Shown here: positions 1-23,436 of the stretch, piece after piece
Layout of the letters: each line of letters begins with the position of its first letter
How positions within the stretch are numbered: position 1 is the stretch's first letter
Source: the human T2T-CHM13v2.0 reference genome, Homo sapiens
Direction: 5' to 3' (one strand)
Assembly (NCBI RefSeq): GCF_009914755.1
Contig: NC_060941.1
Length of the DNA: 64,000 bases
Notes under the pieces: model-generated
Told to the model about the DNA's origin: nothing
What the model saw: only the letters and a program-made list of their open reading frames with translations
Database searches by the model: none
Made by a program: the position numbers and the translations under genes

Positions 1-90
1 TTACCCAGGCTGGAGTGCAGTGGTGCAATCTCGGCTCACTGCAACCTCCACTTTCCAGGTTCATGTGATTCTCATGCCTCAGCTACCTGA

Positions 91-360
<270 letters not shown>

Positions 361-404
361 TAAGAGATAGGGGCCAGGTGCGGTGGCTCACGCCTGTAAT
401 CCTA

Positions 405-743
<339 letters not shown>

Positions 744-1171
744 TCACCTAAGCTCAGGAGTTCGAAACCAGCCTGATCAACATGGAGAAACCCTGTCTCT
801 ACTGAAAATGCAAAAAAAATTAGCCAGGTGTGGTGGCGTATGCCTGTAATCCCGGCTACTCGGGAGGCTGAGGCAGGAGAATCACTTCAACGTAGGAAGC
901 GGAGGTTGCGGTGAGTCAAGATCACACCATTACACTCCAGCCTGGGCAATGAGAGCGAAACTCTGTCTCAAAAAAAAAAAAAAAAAAAAAGATAACAAAA
1001 AGAACAAAAGAACAAATATATCTAATGTGTTCCAATTAAATTGAAATGCTAATTTTGGCCATGTAATAATTCTCCTGTATGAGAACATCTCCTGTATTTG
1101 TTACTTGCTTTCCTTGGTTTGTCTACCACTCCATATGTCACATCCACCTCATTCCAGCAGTTATATAGTAA

Positions 1172-1369
<198 letters not shown>

Positions 1370-1491
1370 TAGTAGAGATGGGGTTTCACCATGTTGGTCA
1401 GGCTGGTCTTGAACTCCTGACCTCATGTGATCCACTGCCTTGGACTCCCAAAGTGCTGGGATTACAGGCGTGAGCCACTGCACCTGCCTAG

Positions 1492-2007
<516 letters not shown>

Positions 2008-2088
2008 TAAGAGATCCTCCTGCCTCAGCCCCCTTAGTAGCTGGGATTACAGGCGTGGGCCACCACTGCCAGGCTAATTTTTGTATTT

Positions 2089-2395
<307 letters not shown>

Positions 2396-2676
2396 TGATC
2401 TGCCCGCCTCGGTCTCCCAAAGTGCTGGGATTAGAGGCGTGAGCCACCATGCCTGGCCCAAATCCAGTATTTATTTAAACAACTAGTGACACTTACTCGT
2501 TCCTATACATTTATGATAAATTTACCCAACTCACACACACACACAATGAAAATTTGGGATTCTAATTGAAATTGCATTATATTATATTTATCTCGAGATA
2601 ATTGATTTTTCTTATTTTTTTAGTTTTCCCATCTGAGAATCTATCATTTTCTTTGGATCTTGGCTTACGTCGTTAA

Positions 2677-3009
<333 letters not shown>

Positions 3010-3734
3010 TGATCCTCCTGCCTCAGCCTCCCAAAGTGCTGGGATTACAGGTGTGAGCCACCATGCCCGGCCTTATTGTCATTATTTTGAATGGAATGTT
3101 TTCTTGTTGTCTAATTTTTCACAGTGCTTCTGCTGGAAGATAAAATTAATATTTTTCTACCTACTACTTATCTGCCTTACTAAATTCTGTTAATTCCATA
3201 ATATTTCTGAGTTTTGGTATACTATCCTATAATCAAAAAGGCATATATGTGTGTGCATGTATGTACGTGTTTGTGTATATATATAATTTCCAAACATCCA
3301 CTCTAACCAGAAAGAGGTATATTTACTAGTGATTTTCTTCCTTTTTTGTTCCTCTTGAATGCACTAAAACCAGAGTAGGCTGGGCACAGTGGCTCACTCC
3401 TGTAGTCTCAGTGCTTTGGGAGGCAGAGGCGGGTGGATCATGAGGTCAGGAGTTCGAGACCAGCTTGGCCAACATGGTGAAACCCTGTCTCTACTAAAAA
3501 TACAAAAAATTAGCCGGGGGTGGTGGCAGGCACCTGTAATTCCAGGTATTCAAGAGGCTGAGGCAAGAGAATCGCTTGAATCCGGGAGGTGGAGGTTGCA
3601 GAGAACAGAAACCACGCCACTGTACTCCAGCCTGGGCAACAGAGCGAGACTCCGTCTCAGAAAAAAGAAAAGAAAAGAAAAGAAAAAATAAAACCAGAGT
3701 AAGTCTATATCCCCACAGTTTTTAATTTAATTAA

Positions 3735-4042
<308 letters not shown>

Positions 4043-4058
4043 TAATTTTTTTAAATAG

Positions 4059-4307
<249 letters not shown>

Positions 4308-4414
4308 TAGGACTATAGGCGCGTGCCACCACACCCGCCTAATTTTTTGTATTTTTAGTAGAGACGGGGTTTCACCTTGTTAGCCAGGATGGTTTCAATC
4401 TCTTGTCCTCGTGA

Positions 4415-4931
<517 letters not shown>

Positions 4932-5718
4932 TGATCCACCCACCTTGGCCTCCAAAGTGTTGGGATTACAGGTGTGAGCCACTGCACCTGGCCCAGCTCT
5001 TGACCTTAATTGAAATTATCTTAATGTTTAACTTATTAGGAAAATTGGTATTCCATTATCAGTCTATTACTGTGTTAAAGTGTTTTCTTTTTTAAGGAAA
5101 TGGCTACTGAAATTTAATCAAATTCCTTTCAGTATCTGTTGATATGATAGATAATTTTTCTTTCTAAATTTAATATATTGAATTATGTTGATAGATTTTC
5201 TGCTATTAAAACCAACTTTGGGCTGGGCACGGTGGCTCACGCTTGTAATCACAGCACTTTGGGAGGCCAAGGTGGGCGAATCACCTGAGGTCAGGAGTTC
5301 GAGGCTAGCCTGGCGACACAGTGAAATCCTGTCTCTACTAAAAATACAAAAATTAACCCGGCGTGGTGGCGTGTACCTGTAGTCCCAGCTACTTGGGAGG
5401 CTATGGCAGGAGAATCACTTGAACCGGGAGGCAGAGATCACGCCACTGCACTCCAGCCTGGGTGACAGAGTGACACTCCATCTCAAAAAAAAAGCAAAAA
5501 AAAAAAAAAAAAAAACCCACACACACAAATGAATAAATATAAGTTTAATTTTAAAATTAAAATTTAAAAATTGTAAATGTTTTTCACAGTATTTTATTTT
5601 ATTAAAATAGAAATGGGGTGTTGTGGCCAGGCGCAGTGGCTCACGCCTGTAATCCCAGTACTTTAGGAGGCCAAGGCTGGCGGATCACGAGGTCAGGAGA
5701 TCGAGACCATCCTGGCTA

Positions 5719-6097
<379 letters not shown>

Positions 6098-6321
6098 TTA
6101 AGGCTATTCAATCTCCTCAGAGTACGAATTTTAGATTTGGAGACCTCGTGTTCCTAAAATGAGGGGGAAATTTTTTTTTCTTCCATTTTTTTTTCTTTTT
6201 TGAGATGGAGTCTTGCTCTGTTGCCCAGGCTAGAGTGCAATGGCGCAATCTCGGCTCACTGCAACCCTCTGCCTCCTGGGTTCAAGCGATTCTCCTGCCT
6301 CAGCCTCCCGAGTAGCTGGGA

Positions 6322-6360
6322 TTACAGGTGTGATCCACCGTGCCTGGCCGGAAATGTTTT
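6322..6360 (-). CDS. TP53: Alternative TP53 terminal exon (spliced from exon 9; adds [12 protein letters not shown], 343 aa)
   Basis: Minus strand TGTTCTATTTTTTTATTTAG|AAAACATTTCCG...CTGTAA; phase 0 matches the end of exon 9; runs into an Alu. Length matches a minor annotated isoform as I recall it. Confidence 0.5.
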   Translation of the reverse strand, partial: KTFPARHGGSHL

Positions 6361-6705
6361 CTAAATAAAAAAATAGAACATATTGATTTAAGGTTGTGAA
6401 TTACAAGTTTAGACTGAAGCCATGAGGAAATTGGGAGATTTGATTTCAGATCTCATTAGGATAAGGCCTGGGCTCTTTGAGTGGGAGGGTAGGGACCATG
6501 TCTGCCATAGGTTTCCAGGGCCTAGAACAGCTCCTGGCACAGGGTAAGGTACCAATGAGTACCTGCTTGACTGGATGGGACGGGAACTTGAACACGACCA
6601 GAGGGAAAGAAGTCACCAAGTAGGACCAGAGAGGTTAGAGTATATAGTGTAGCAGAGCTGGCCTGAAGTCTCAGACTTTGTACTTCTTTTTTTTGTGTGT
6701 TTTGA

Positions 6706-6864
<159 letters not shown>

Positions 6865-7099
6865 TAGTAGAGATGGGGTTTCATCTTGTTGGTCAGGCTG
6901 GTCTCCAACTCCTGACCTCAAGTGATCCGCCGGCCTTGGCCTCCCACAGTGTTGGGATTACAGGCGTGAGCCACCGCGCCCAGCTGCAATTCTCAATCCA
7001 GCAATCTATCAGCTCACAAAGAAGGGTTTGGCAGAGTCAGAATGGATCTGAAGCAGCACAGCAGAAATAAAAACAGAGCTAGGGACATAATCTAGGAAA

Positions 7100-7390
7100 A
7101 GGTTGGGATTGAAAGGGTGGAGGATGGTTGTCAAAAAGGGAGATTTTCTGTTTACTTGAGATCTGCAGAGTAGGTCCAAGTGTCCTCGTCGTAGGTGAAC
7201 ACACGTGCACACACACAAATGGTAACTGTGTGTGATGATGGACGTGCTGATTAATTTGATTGTGGTAATGGTTTCACAATATACCCCCATATCAAATCAT
7301 CACACTGCATACCTTGAATGTATGCAATTTTGGGGGATCAATTATGCCCCAATAAAGCCTAAAATAAAAAAAAATTAAAAAAAAAAAAAA
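7100..7390 (+). mobile_element. Old L1 (L1M-type) 3' end with AATAAA and poly(A) tail
   Basis: GGTAACTGTGTG...TTAATTTGATTGTGGTAATGGTTTCACAATA...AATAAAGC followed by an A-run; resembles an L1MA/MB 3' UTR. Confidence 0.7.
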
Positions 7391-8401
7391 GGAAGCTCAT
7401 CAAGGTGACCTGTCTACAGAGGCAAGGACAGGGACTGAGCTTCAGGAGCTCTAGTTTGCCTGCTGGGTAGGGACAGATGTTTAAGTTAAAAGTCTCTGAA
7501 AGAGGCGGGTCTGGATCTCCTGGGGAGAGTGTTTGGCATTCCCTAGTAAGAAAGAGAAAAAAAAAAGGTGGTCTTGAGGTCAGGAAGGCTGGTGGCTTCA
7601 TAGCTGTCTGGGATCCTTGGGGCAAGGCAAGGGGCTCCTGCTTGCACCTTCAGCCTGGTTGATGAGCTGACAGGCTAGTGGCCCCAGAAGCCCCCCTGGA
7701 CAGTAGCACCCACTGGACCCTAACACCTGTCTCCACCACCAGGGAGGAGGAAGGGCAAGCCATGTCTGACTGCCCCTTCAAGCACTGGCTCCAAGAGAGC
7801 AGTGGGTGATGGGGAAGAGCCTGCCTGCTCCCAGCCCCCCTCCCTGGGAGCCAGCAGCCCTGAGGAGCATGGGCAGGCGGTACTGAGCTCCTCAACCCGA
7901 CTCTCCTCCCTATCCCAAGAAGCCCTTTGAAAGGTTTTCCTGGCAGAGTTTAAAGCTTCAATTCATTCAGCTACCTGGCATGAGGCCCAGGATGAGGGGA
8001 TGCTGGGAAGGACCTAGCCCCACACCCCTACTCTTACCTTAGCTGCCCCCACTTTCCTGGGACCCTGGCTAGCAGGCCTCCCACTGGCCTCTCTCCATCC
8101 AGTAGCACCCACCCCTGTTCCCCTTGGGAACCCAGGTATCCTGCCACTTTCTGATGGAGCAGATGGCCACCCTGGAGGCTCAGCCTTGCTAAATCAGACA
8201 TTTAAATCCCGTAATCCTTGGTGAGAGGCTGCCGAGGGGGAAGCAGCCCAATCCTAGAAGCAGGGGAGGGAGAGAACCTTGTGCCAGCCGTGGCCGTGGC
8301 CGGAGGGGAGGAGGGACGGTTGGTTCCTGAGTTATGAATGGAGCCACCCCCTCCCTTGTTGTCATGCAGCCCGCAGACTGACCCAGTCTCCAGCCTTTGT
8401 T

Positions 8402-8440
8402 CCCCTCCCGGAACCCGGGCACTGGGCCCCCCAGCCCACA
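8402..8440 (-). promoter_or_regulatory. TP53: G-quadruplex-forming element downstream of the TP53 cleavage site
   Basis: Minus strand TGGGCTGGGGGGCCCAGTGCCCGGGTTCCGGGAGGGG about 100-130 nt past the poly(A) site; an hnRNP H/F-bound G4 is described for p53 3'-end processing. Confidence 0.65.
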
Positions 8441-8539
8441 CTCATTGCAGACTCAGGTGGCTGCTTCCCAGCACCTCCTCACTCACCCCTGCACCTGCTG
8501 ACCCCAGTAGCCTGCACTGGCGTTCACCCCTCAGACACA

Positions 8540-9730
8540 CAGGTGGCAGCAAAGTTTTATTGTAAAATAAGAGATCGATATAAAAATGGGATATAAAAAG
8601 GGAGAAGGAGGGGAAGGGTGGGGTGAAAATGCAGATGTGCTTGCAGAATGTAAAAGATGTTGACCCTTCCAGCTGGACGTGGTGGCTCACAATTGTAATC
8701 CCAGCACTCTGGGAGGCTGAGACAGGTGGATCGCCTGAGCCCAGGAGTTTGAGACCAGCCTGGGCAACACTGTGAGACCCCATCTCTACAAAACATGCAA
8801 AAGTTGGCTGGCCATGGTGGCATGAACCTGTGGTCCCAGCTACTCCGGAGGCTGAGGCAGGACTGCTCGAGCCGGGGAGGCAAAGGCTGCAGTAAGCCAA
8901 GATCACGCCACTCCACTCCAGCCTGGGCAACAAAGCGAGACCCAGTCTCAAAGAAAAAGAAAAAAAAAAAAAAAAAGAAAAAAGAAATTGACCCTGAGCA
9001 TAAAACAAGTCTTGGTGGATCCAGATCATCATATACAAGAGATGAAATCCTCCAGGGTGTGGGATGGGGTGAGATTTCCTTTTAGGTACTAAGGTTCACC
9101 AAGAGGTTGTCAGACAGGGTTTGGCTGGGCCAGCAGAGACTTGACAACTCCCTCTACCTAACCAGCTGCCCAACTGTAGAAACTACCAACCCACCGACCA
9201 ACAGGGAGAGGGAACAAGCACCCTCAAGGGGGTCAAGTTCTAGACCCCATGTAATAAAAGGTGGTTTCAAGGCCAGATGTACATTATTTCATTAACCCTC
9301 ACAATGCACTCTGTGAGGTAGGTGCAAATGCCAGCATTTCACAGATATGGGCCTTGAAGTTAGAGAAAATTCAACAGTGAGGGACAGCTTCCCTGGTTAG
9401 TACGGTGAAGTGGGCCCCTACCTAGAATGTGGCTGATTGTAAACTAACCCTTAACTGCAAGAACATTTCTTACATCTCCCAAACATCCCTCACAGTAAAA
9501 ACCTTAAAATCTAAGCTGGTATGTCCTACTCCCCATCCTCCTCCCCACAACAAAACACCAGTGCAGGCCAACTTGTTCAGTGGAGCCCCGGGACAAAGCA
9601 AATGGAAGTCCTGGGTGCTTCTGACGCACACCTATTGCAAGCAAGGGTTCAAAGACCCAAAACCCAAAATGGCAGGGGAGGGAGAGATGGGGGTGGGAGG
9701 CTGTCAGTGGGGAACAAGAAGTGGAGAATG
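8540..9730 (-). other. TP53: TP53 3' UTR (exon 11), including an antisense Alu (about 8671-8985), its U-rich tail and overlapping miR-125b/miR-504 seed matches (8990-8998)
   Basis: Lies between TGA (9731-9733) and AATAAA; plus-strand gaccctgag gives CTCAGGG and CAGGGTC on the mRNA. 3' end approximate. Confidence 0.9.
8556..8561 (-). terminator. TP53: TP53 polyadenylation signal AATAAA (intact; not the AATACA risk allele)
   Basis: tttatt on the plus strand; GU-rich sequence downstream on the minus strand. Confidence 0.95.
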
Positions 9731-9922
<192 letters not shown>

Positions 9923-9994
9923 TCAAATCAAGATGGTGGCCACACCCCATGCAAATATGTTTACTGAGCACCTCAGAGTATTAGTGTGTATTAG

Positions 9995-10368
<374 letters not shown>

Positions 10369-10729
10369 TAGGACCTGCCGGTGCATGGCAGGGCTGAGTA
10401 TATGACCTGAAACTCTGGCTGTATTCAGTATTACACAATTATTAGGCCCCTCCTTGAGACCCTCCAGCTCTGGGCTGGGAGTTGCGGAGAATGGCAAAGA
10501 AGTATCCACACTCGTCCCTGGGTTTGGATGTTCTGTGGATACACTGAGGCAAGAATGTGGTTATAGGATTCAACCGGAGGAAGACTAAAAAAATGTCTGT
10601 GCAGGGCTGGGACCCAATGAGATGGGGTCAGCTGCCTTTGACCATGAAGGCAGGATGAGAATGGAATCCTATGGCTTTCCAACCTAGGAAGGCAGGGGAG
10701 TAGGGCCAGGAAGGGGCTGAGGTCACTCA

Positions 10730-10903
<174 letters not shown>

Positions 10904-10925
10904 TTACAATTGTTTGACTTTATGA

Positions 10926-13278
<2,353 letters not shown>

Positions 13279-13342
13279 CTAAGCTATGATGTTCCTTAGA
13301 TTAGGTGTATTAAATCCATTTTCAACTTACAATATTTTCAAC

Positions 13343-13390
13343 TTACGACGAGTTTATCAGGAAGTAACACCATCGTAAGTCAAGTAGCAT
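13343..13390 (-). CDS. TP53: p53gamma C-terminus (MLLDLRWCYFLINSS*); full exon 9gamma = 13331-13390 (60 nt)
   Basis: cag|ATGCTACTTGAC...TCGTCGTAA. Confidence 0.95.
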   Translation of the reverse strand: MLLDLRWCYFLINSS

Positions 13391-13430
13391 CTGTATCAGG
13401 CAAAGTCATAGAACCATTTTCATGCTCTCT

Positions 13431-13463
13431 TTAACAATTTTCTTTTTGAAAGCTGGTCTGGTC
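13431..13463 (-). CDS. TP53: p53beta C-terminus (DQTSFQKENC*); full exon 9beta = 13331-13463 (133 nt)
   Basis: aag|GACCAGACCAGCTTTCAAAAAGAAAATTGTTAA; donor GTAAGT at 13330. Confidence 0.96.
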   Translation of the reverse strand, partial: DQTSFQKENC

Positions 13464-13544
13464 CTTTAAAATATATATTATGGTATAAGTTGGTGTTCTG
13501 AAGTTAGTTAGCTACAACCAGGAGCCATTGTCTTTGAGGCATCA

Positions 13545-14023
<479 letters not shown>

Positions 14024-14117
14024 TTAAAAAACCAGGCTCCATCTACTCCCAACCACCCTTGTCCTTTCTGGAGCCTAAGCTCCAGCTCCAGGTAGGTGGA
14101 GGAGAAGCCACAGGTTA

Positions 14118-14414
<297 letters not shown>

Positions 14415-14425
14415 CTAGGAGATAA

Positions 14426-14783
<358 letters not shown>

Positions 14784-14946
14784 AAGCAGGGGAGGCCCTT
14801 AGCCTCTGTAAGCTTCAGTTTTTTCAACTGTGCAATAGTTAAACCCATTTACTTTGCACATCTCATGGGGTTATAGGGAGGTCAAATAAGCAGCAGGAGA
14901 AAGCCCCCCTACTGCTCACCCGGAGGGCCACTGACAACCACCCTTA

Positions 14947-15105
<159 letters not shown>

Positions 15106-15108
15106 TCA

Positions 15109-16114
<1,006 letters not shown>

Positions 16115-16141
<27 letters not shown>

Positions 16142-16393
16142 AGAATGCAAGAAGCCCAGACGGAAACCGTAGCTGCCCTGGTAGGTTTTCTGGGAAGGGA
16201 CAGAAGATGACAGGGGCCAGGAGGGGGCTGGTGCAGGGGCCGCCGGTGTAGGAGCTGCTGGTGCAGGGGCCACGCGGGGAGCAGCCTCTGGCATTCTGGG
16301 AGCTTCATCTGGACCTGGGTCTTCAGTGAACCATTGTTCAATATCGTCCGGGGACAGCATCAAATCATCCATTGCTTGGGACGGCAAGGGGGA
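16115..16393 (-). CDS. TP53: p53 exon 4 (TAD2/proline-rich; codon 72 = CGC Arg at 16274-16276; Pro47; delta40 ATG at 16372)
   Basis: [22 protein letters not shown]...[10 protein letters not shown]...KSVTCT; 279 nt. Confidence 0.99.
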
Positions 16394-16486
16394 CTGTAGA
16401 TGGGTGAAAAGAGCAGTCAGAGGACCAGGTCCTCAGCCCCCCAGCCCCCCAGCCCTCCAGGTCCCCAGCCCAACCCTTGTCCTTAC
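16394..16486 (-). promoter_or_regulatory. TP53: TP53 intron 3 (93 nt; single copy of the polymorphic 16-mer) with G-quadruplex tracts
   Basis: Minus strand GGGTTGGGCTGGGGACCTGGAGGGCTGGGGGGCTGGGGGG; only one ACCTGGAGGGCTGGGG unit. Confidence 0.9.
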
Positions 16487-16508
16487 CAGAACGTTGTTTT
16501 CAGGAAGT
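16487..16508 (-). CDS. TP53: p53 exon 3
   Basis: cag|ACTTCCTGAAAACAACGTTCTG|gtaagg; 22 nt. Confidence 0.99.
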
Positions 16509-16624
16509 CTGAAAGACAAGAGCAGAAAGTCAGTCCCATGGAATTTTCGCTTCCCACAGGTCTCTGCTAGGGGGCTGGGGTTGGGGTCGGGGTGGTGGGC
16601 CTGCCCTTCCAATGGATCCACTCA

Positions 16625-16894
<270 letters not shown>

Positions 16895-17011
16895 TCACCA
16901 CAACCCAAGCACTCCTGCCCCACCCCTCACCAGCCATGCACTTCTTTGAGGAAAAGACAATCAGAGAGGGACTTCCAACCTTCCCACCACTAAATCCCCA
17001 AGACTTCCTAA

Positions 17012-17320
<309 letters not shown>

Positions 17321-17942
17321 TGAGCTACCGTGCCCTGCTCCCACCTCCTGTTAACAAGGATATAGTCATTCTCAGCCTGCAATCTCTGTATGGGGAAGGA
17401 CACCCCCTTGGCCCCCACCCTTCCCCACCTGATACACGGCTCCATTTCTTTGATTCCTTTCACTGCAAAGCTTCTGGAAGAACAACTGTCTCACCGCTCA
17501 CCTGCCCATTCTCTTCGGACACTCCTCAGCCCTGCATTACAAACCCCTCACGAATGGCCCGTCTCGGCTTCTTTAATCTCATCTCTTAACAACCACTCCC
17601 TCTTCCCCAAAAGCTCTAGCTAGACTGGCTGCCCTTCTCTGCTAATCAACTGGTGGTTCCTTGGCTAGCCAGGAACATGGGGGTAGGCTCCTTCCCGTGC
17701 AGACTTTAAGTCATCCTATTTTAATTCACATCACCTCATTTGCATTCTCATAGCACTTACATTGTCTGATACTTTTCCTTGTTTATTTTATCTGTTTCCT
17801 CTAATAGCATATACACTTCCTAAGGGCAGGGCAGTGATCTATCTTGTTGTCTTGCTGACCAAAGTATTAGATCACAATGCCTTGCACCTGCTTGGGCTCA
17901 ATAAATGTGAATAACACACAAGCCTGTTATATGAGAGGTTAA

Positions 17943-18248
<306 letters not shown>

Positions 18249-19043
18249 TAGTAGAGACAGGGTTTCACCATGTTGGCCAGGCTGGTGTGGAACTCCTGAC
18301 CTTGTGATCCACCTGCCTCGGCCTCTCAAAGCGCTGGGATTACAGGTGTGAGCCACTGTGCCTGGCCCGCCATGTTCTTTCTTTCTTTCTTTTTTCTTTT
18401 GAGGCAGGGTCTTGCTTTGTTGCCCAAGCTAGGGTACAGTGGTGCAATCATGGCTCACTACAGCCTCGGACTCCTGGGCTCAGTGATTCTCCTGCCTCAG
18501 CCTCCCAAGTAGCTGGGACCACAGAGGCCTGCCTGGCTAATTTTTTAGTCTTTTTCTTTTTCTTTTTTTTTTTGGAGACGGAGTCTCGCCCTGTCACCCA
18601 GGCTAGAGTGCAGTGGTGTGATCTCGACTCACTGTAACCTCCACCTCCCAGATTCAAGCGATCCTCTTGCCTCAACTTCCTGAGTAGCTGGGATTACAGG
18701 CGCCCACCAATGCGCCTGATTAATTTTTTGTATTTTTAGTAGAGATGGGGTTTTGCCATGTTGGCCAGGCTGGTTTCGAACTCCTGACCTCAGGTGATCC
18801 TCCCGCCTCCGACTCCCAAAGTGCTGGGATTACAGGTGTGAGCCACTGCACCCGGCCAATTTTTGAGTTTTTTTGTAGAGGCAGGGTTTCACTATGTTGC
18901 CCAGGCAGGATGCTCTCTTTCTTTTTCTTTTTTTTTTTTTCAGGGATGCTCTCTTTCTTTATGCCAAATTTGTCATCAGATTTGCTAAGAAACATGCCTA
19001 CTGTAAGTGTTTGTTACACTTTTCTGTTTTTTTTTTTTTTTGA

Positions 19044-19199
<156 letters not shown>

Positions 19200-19392
19200 T
19201 AGTAGAGACGGGGTTTCTCCATATTGGTCAGGCTGGTCTTGAACTCCCAACTTCAGGTGATCCGCCCGCCTTGGCCTCCCAAAGTGCTGGGATTACAGGC
19301 ATGAACCACTGTGCCCAGCCCACTTTTCTGTTGTTTGCACTGACAAAACATCCCCTACCAAACAGCTCCTTTAATGGCAGGCTCTTTTCTTT

Positions 19393-19436
19393 TTTTATTT
19401 TATTTTATTTTATTTTATTTTATTTTATTTTATTTT
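19393..19436. repeat. (TTTTA)8 / (AAAAT)8 pentanucleotide repeat in an Alu tail; probably the classic p53 intron 1 VNTR marker
   Basis: Eight TTTTA units counted. Confidence 0.85.
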
Positions 19437-20295
19437 GAGACGGAGTCTCAGCTCTTATTGCCCAGGCTGGAGTACAGTGGCACTATCTCCGCTTACTGCA
19501 ACCTCCTCCCGGATTCAAATGATTCTCCTGCCTCAGCCTGCTGAGTAGCTAGGACTACAAGCATGTGCCACCACACCTGGCTAATTTTGTACTTCTAGTA
19601 GAGACGGGGTTTCACCATGTTGGTCAGGCTGGTCTTGAACTCCCGACCTCAGGTGATCCACCCCCCTTGGCCTCCTAAAGTGCTGGGATTACAGGCGTGA
19701 GCCACCAAGCCTGGCCTACCTAGTACTCTGTGTATTATGGGAAATGTAGAGTTGAGGAAAGTGCTGGGCACACAGTAAGAGCTCAACAAAGGTTAGCTCT
19801 TTCTGCAATTGTTCTATTTCACTTGTTCTATATTATTATTCTAGAGAGAACTGTGTGATTGTTAGTGCGGATCTGTGGTACTGCTCCCACCCCCACTCCA
19901 TTAATGCAAGTACACCTCCTTCAGGGATCTATTCAGTCAACAGGCCAGGAGGTGCTGTCCTGAAATGGGGGGCCCAAAGTCTCAATCCCACTTGGAGGGA
20001 CACAGGTCTACAGACAGGTCTCCCTGTCTTTATCTCTCAAATCTTCAGTAGCAACTAAAATCTCCGTGTTTTTCAGAGCAGGACCTTCCCAGGGGTACCA
20101 GCATCAGTGGGCCAGGATACAAATGTGCCAGGCTGAACTAGGCCTTCCAAATGGCCAGGGAGCCAAGAGAAATGCAGGTGCCCTTGGCTGGGTGGGAAGG
20201 CAATGAGATCAACTGAGACCCCAAACAGGGGCAGGCCTGACCAGAATCTTAACAGTGGCTGCTGGTATCAGTCTTGAAGGCCTATATGTCCAGTG

Positions 20296-20525
20296 ATTCC
20301 CTAAACAATATAGTACAAGTACTTACATACATACTTGCATGTACATTAGCATTTTCATTGTATGGGGGTAATGTAAGTAATCTAGAGATAATTTAAACTA
20401 TATGGGAGGATATGTGTAGGTTAAATCCAAATACTATACCGTCTTATATATGGGACTTAGACATCTGTGGGTTTGGTGTGTGAGGAGTCCCAGAACCAAG
20501 CCCCTACAGATAGAGGGATAACTAT
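20296..20525 (+). mobile_element. MER2 (Tigger family) DNA transposon, 3' portion
   Basis: TTCCCTAAACAATA...GTAATCTAGAGATAATTTAAA...GGGAGGATATGTGTAGGTTA...GAACCAAGCCCC...GAGGGATAACTATA resembles the MER2 consensus. Confidence 0.78.
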
Positions 20526-20575
20526 ATTGCCCTGTAACCTGCAACCCTGCTATATTTATTTATTAGTTTTGGTAG

Positions 20576-20851
<276 letters not shown>

Positions 20852-20864
20852 TGACCTCAGGTGA

Positions 20865-21026
<162 letters not shown>

Positions 21027-21294
21027 TGAGTAGCTGGGATTAGAGGTGCCCGTCACCACGCCTGGCTGATTTTTTGTATTTTTATTAGAGTTGGGGTTTC
21101 ACCATGTTGGCCAGGCTGGTCCCAGGGAAGCCACCTGCCTCAGCCTCCTAAAAGTGCTAGGATTACAGGCATGAGCCACCACGCCTGGCCCCATTAGGAC
21201 ATGTATGTATAGAATCATACTGGCTGTGAATGTGTTTTATTTCTTCCTTTCTAATCGTTATTTTTTTTCTTTCCTTTTTTTTTTTTTTTTTTGA

Positions 21295-21399
<105 letters not shown>

Positions 21400-21457
21400 T
21401 GAGTAGCTGGGACTACAGGCGTTCACCACTACCCCTGGCTAATTCTTTTTTTTTTGA

Positions 21458-21658
<201 letters not shown>

Positions 21659-21870
21659 TGAACTCCTGACCTCAGGTGATCCACCCACCTCGGCCTCCCA
21701 AAGTGCTGGGATTACAGGCATGAGCCACTGTACCCGGCCAACGCCTGGCTATTTTTTTAATATTTTAATAGAGACGAGGTTTCACCATCTTTGTCAGGCT
21801 GGTCTCCAACTCCAGACCTCAGGTGATCTGCCCACCTCGGCCTCCCAAAGTGCTGGGATTATAGGCGTGA

Positions 21871-22102
<232 letters not shown>

Positions 22103-22990
22103 TAGCCAGGATGGTCTCGATCTCCTGACCTCGTGATCCACCCGTCTCGGCTTCCCAAAGTGCTGGGATTACAGGCCTGAGCCACCGCACCCGGCCCTCA
22201 TTATTTCTTTTTCTTGCCTGGTTAAAACCTCCAGTATGGTATCAACGTTGTGAGAGTCAAATCCTTTTCTAGTTCCTGATCTTAGAGGAAAAAGCGTTGA
22301 GTTTTCTTTTCTTTTTTTTTTTTTTTTTTTTTTGAGACGAAGTCTCACTCTGTCACCCAGGCTGGAGTGCAGTGGCACGATCTAGGCTCTGCAAGCTCCG
22401 CCTCCCGGGTTCACGCCATTCTCTCGCCTCAGCCTCCCGAGTAGCTGGGACTATAGGCGCCCGCCACCATGCCCGGCTAATTTTTTGTTTTTGTATTTTT
22501 AGTAGAGACGGGGTTTCAGCATGCTAGTCAGGACAGTCTCGATCTCCTGACCTCGTGATCCGCCCGCCTAGGCCTCCCAAAGTGCTGGCATTACAGGCGT
22601 GAGCCACCGCGCCCGGCAGCACTGAGTTTTCTACCATTATGTATGCTGCTAGTGGAACTCCGACTGTGGACGCCCTGTTATCAAACTAGGTTAAGTTTCC
22701 TTTCCCTAGTTTGCTAGGAGGTTGGTTGGTTTGTAATCATGCATATGTGTTGAATATCATTAACTGCTTTTGCTACATCTGTTGAAATGATCATAGGGTT
22801 TTTATGTTTCCCTTTGTTAATGTGGTGAATTACACAGACTGATTTTTTTCCCCCCAGTAAAGACCAGTCTGACTATGTTGCCCAGGCTGGTCTTGAAATC
22901 CTGGGCTCAAGAGATCTTCCTGCCTCAGCCTCCTAAAATGTTGGGATTACAGGCCTGAGCTACTGCACCAGGCCAATTTTTGAATGTTGA

Positions 22991-23436
<446 letters not shown>

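Noticed and set aside
8442-9038. 198-aa minus-strand ORF in the TP53 3' UTR
   Set aside because: Mostly antisense Alu and U-tract, and it runs past the poly(A) site
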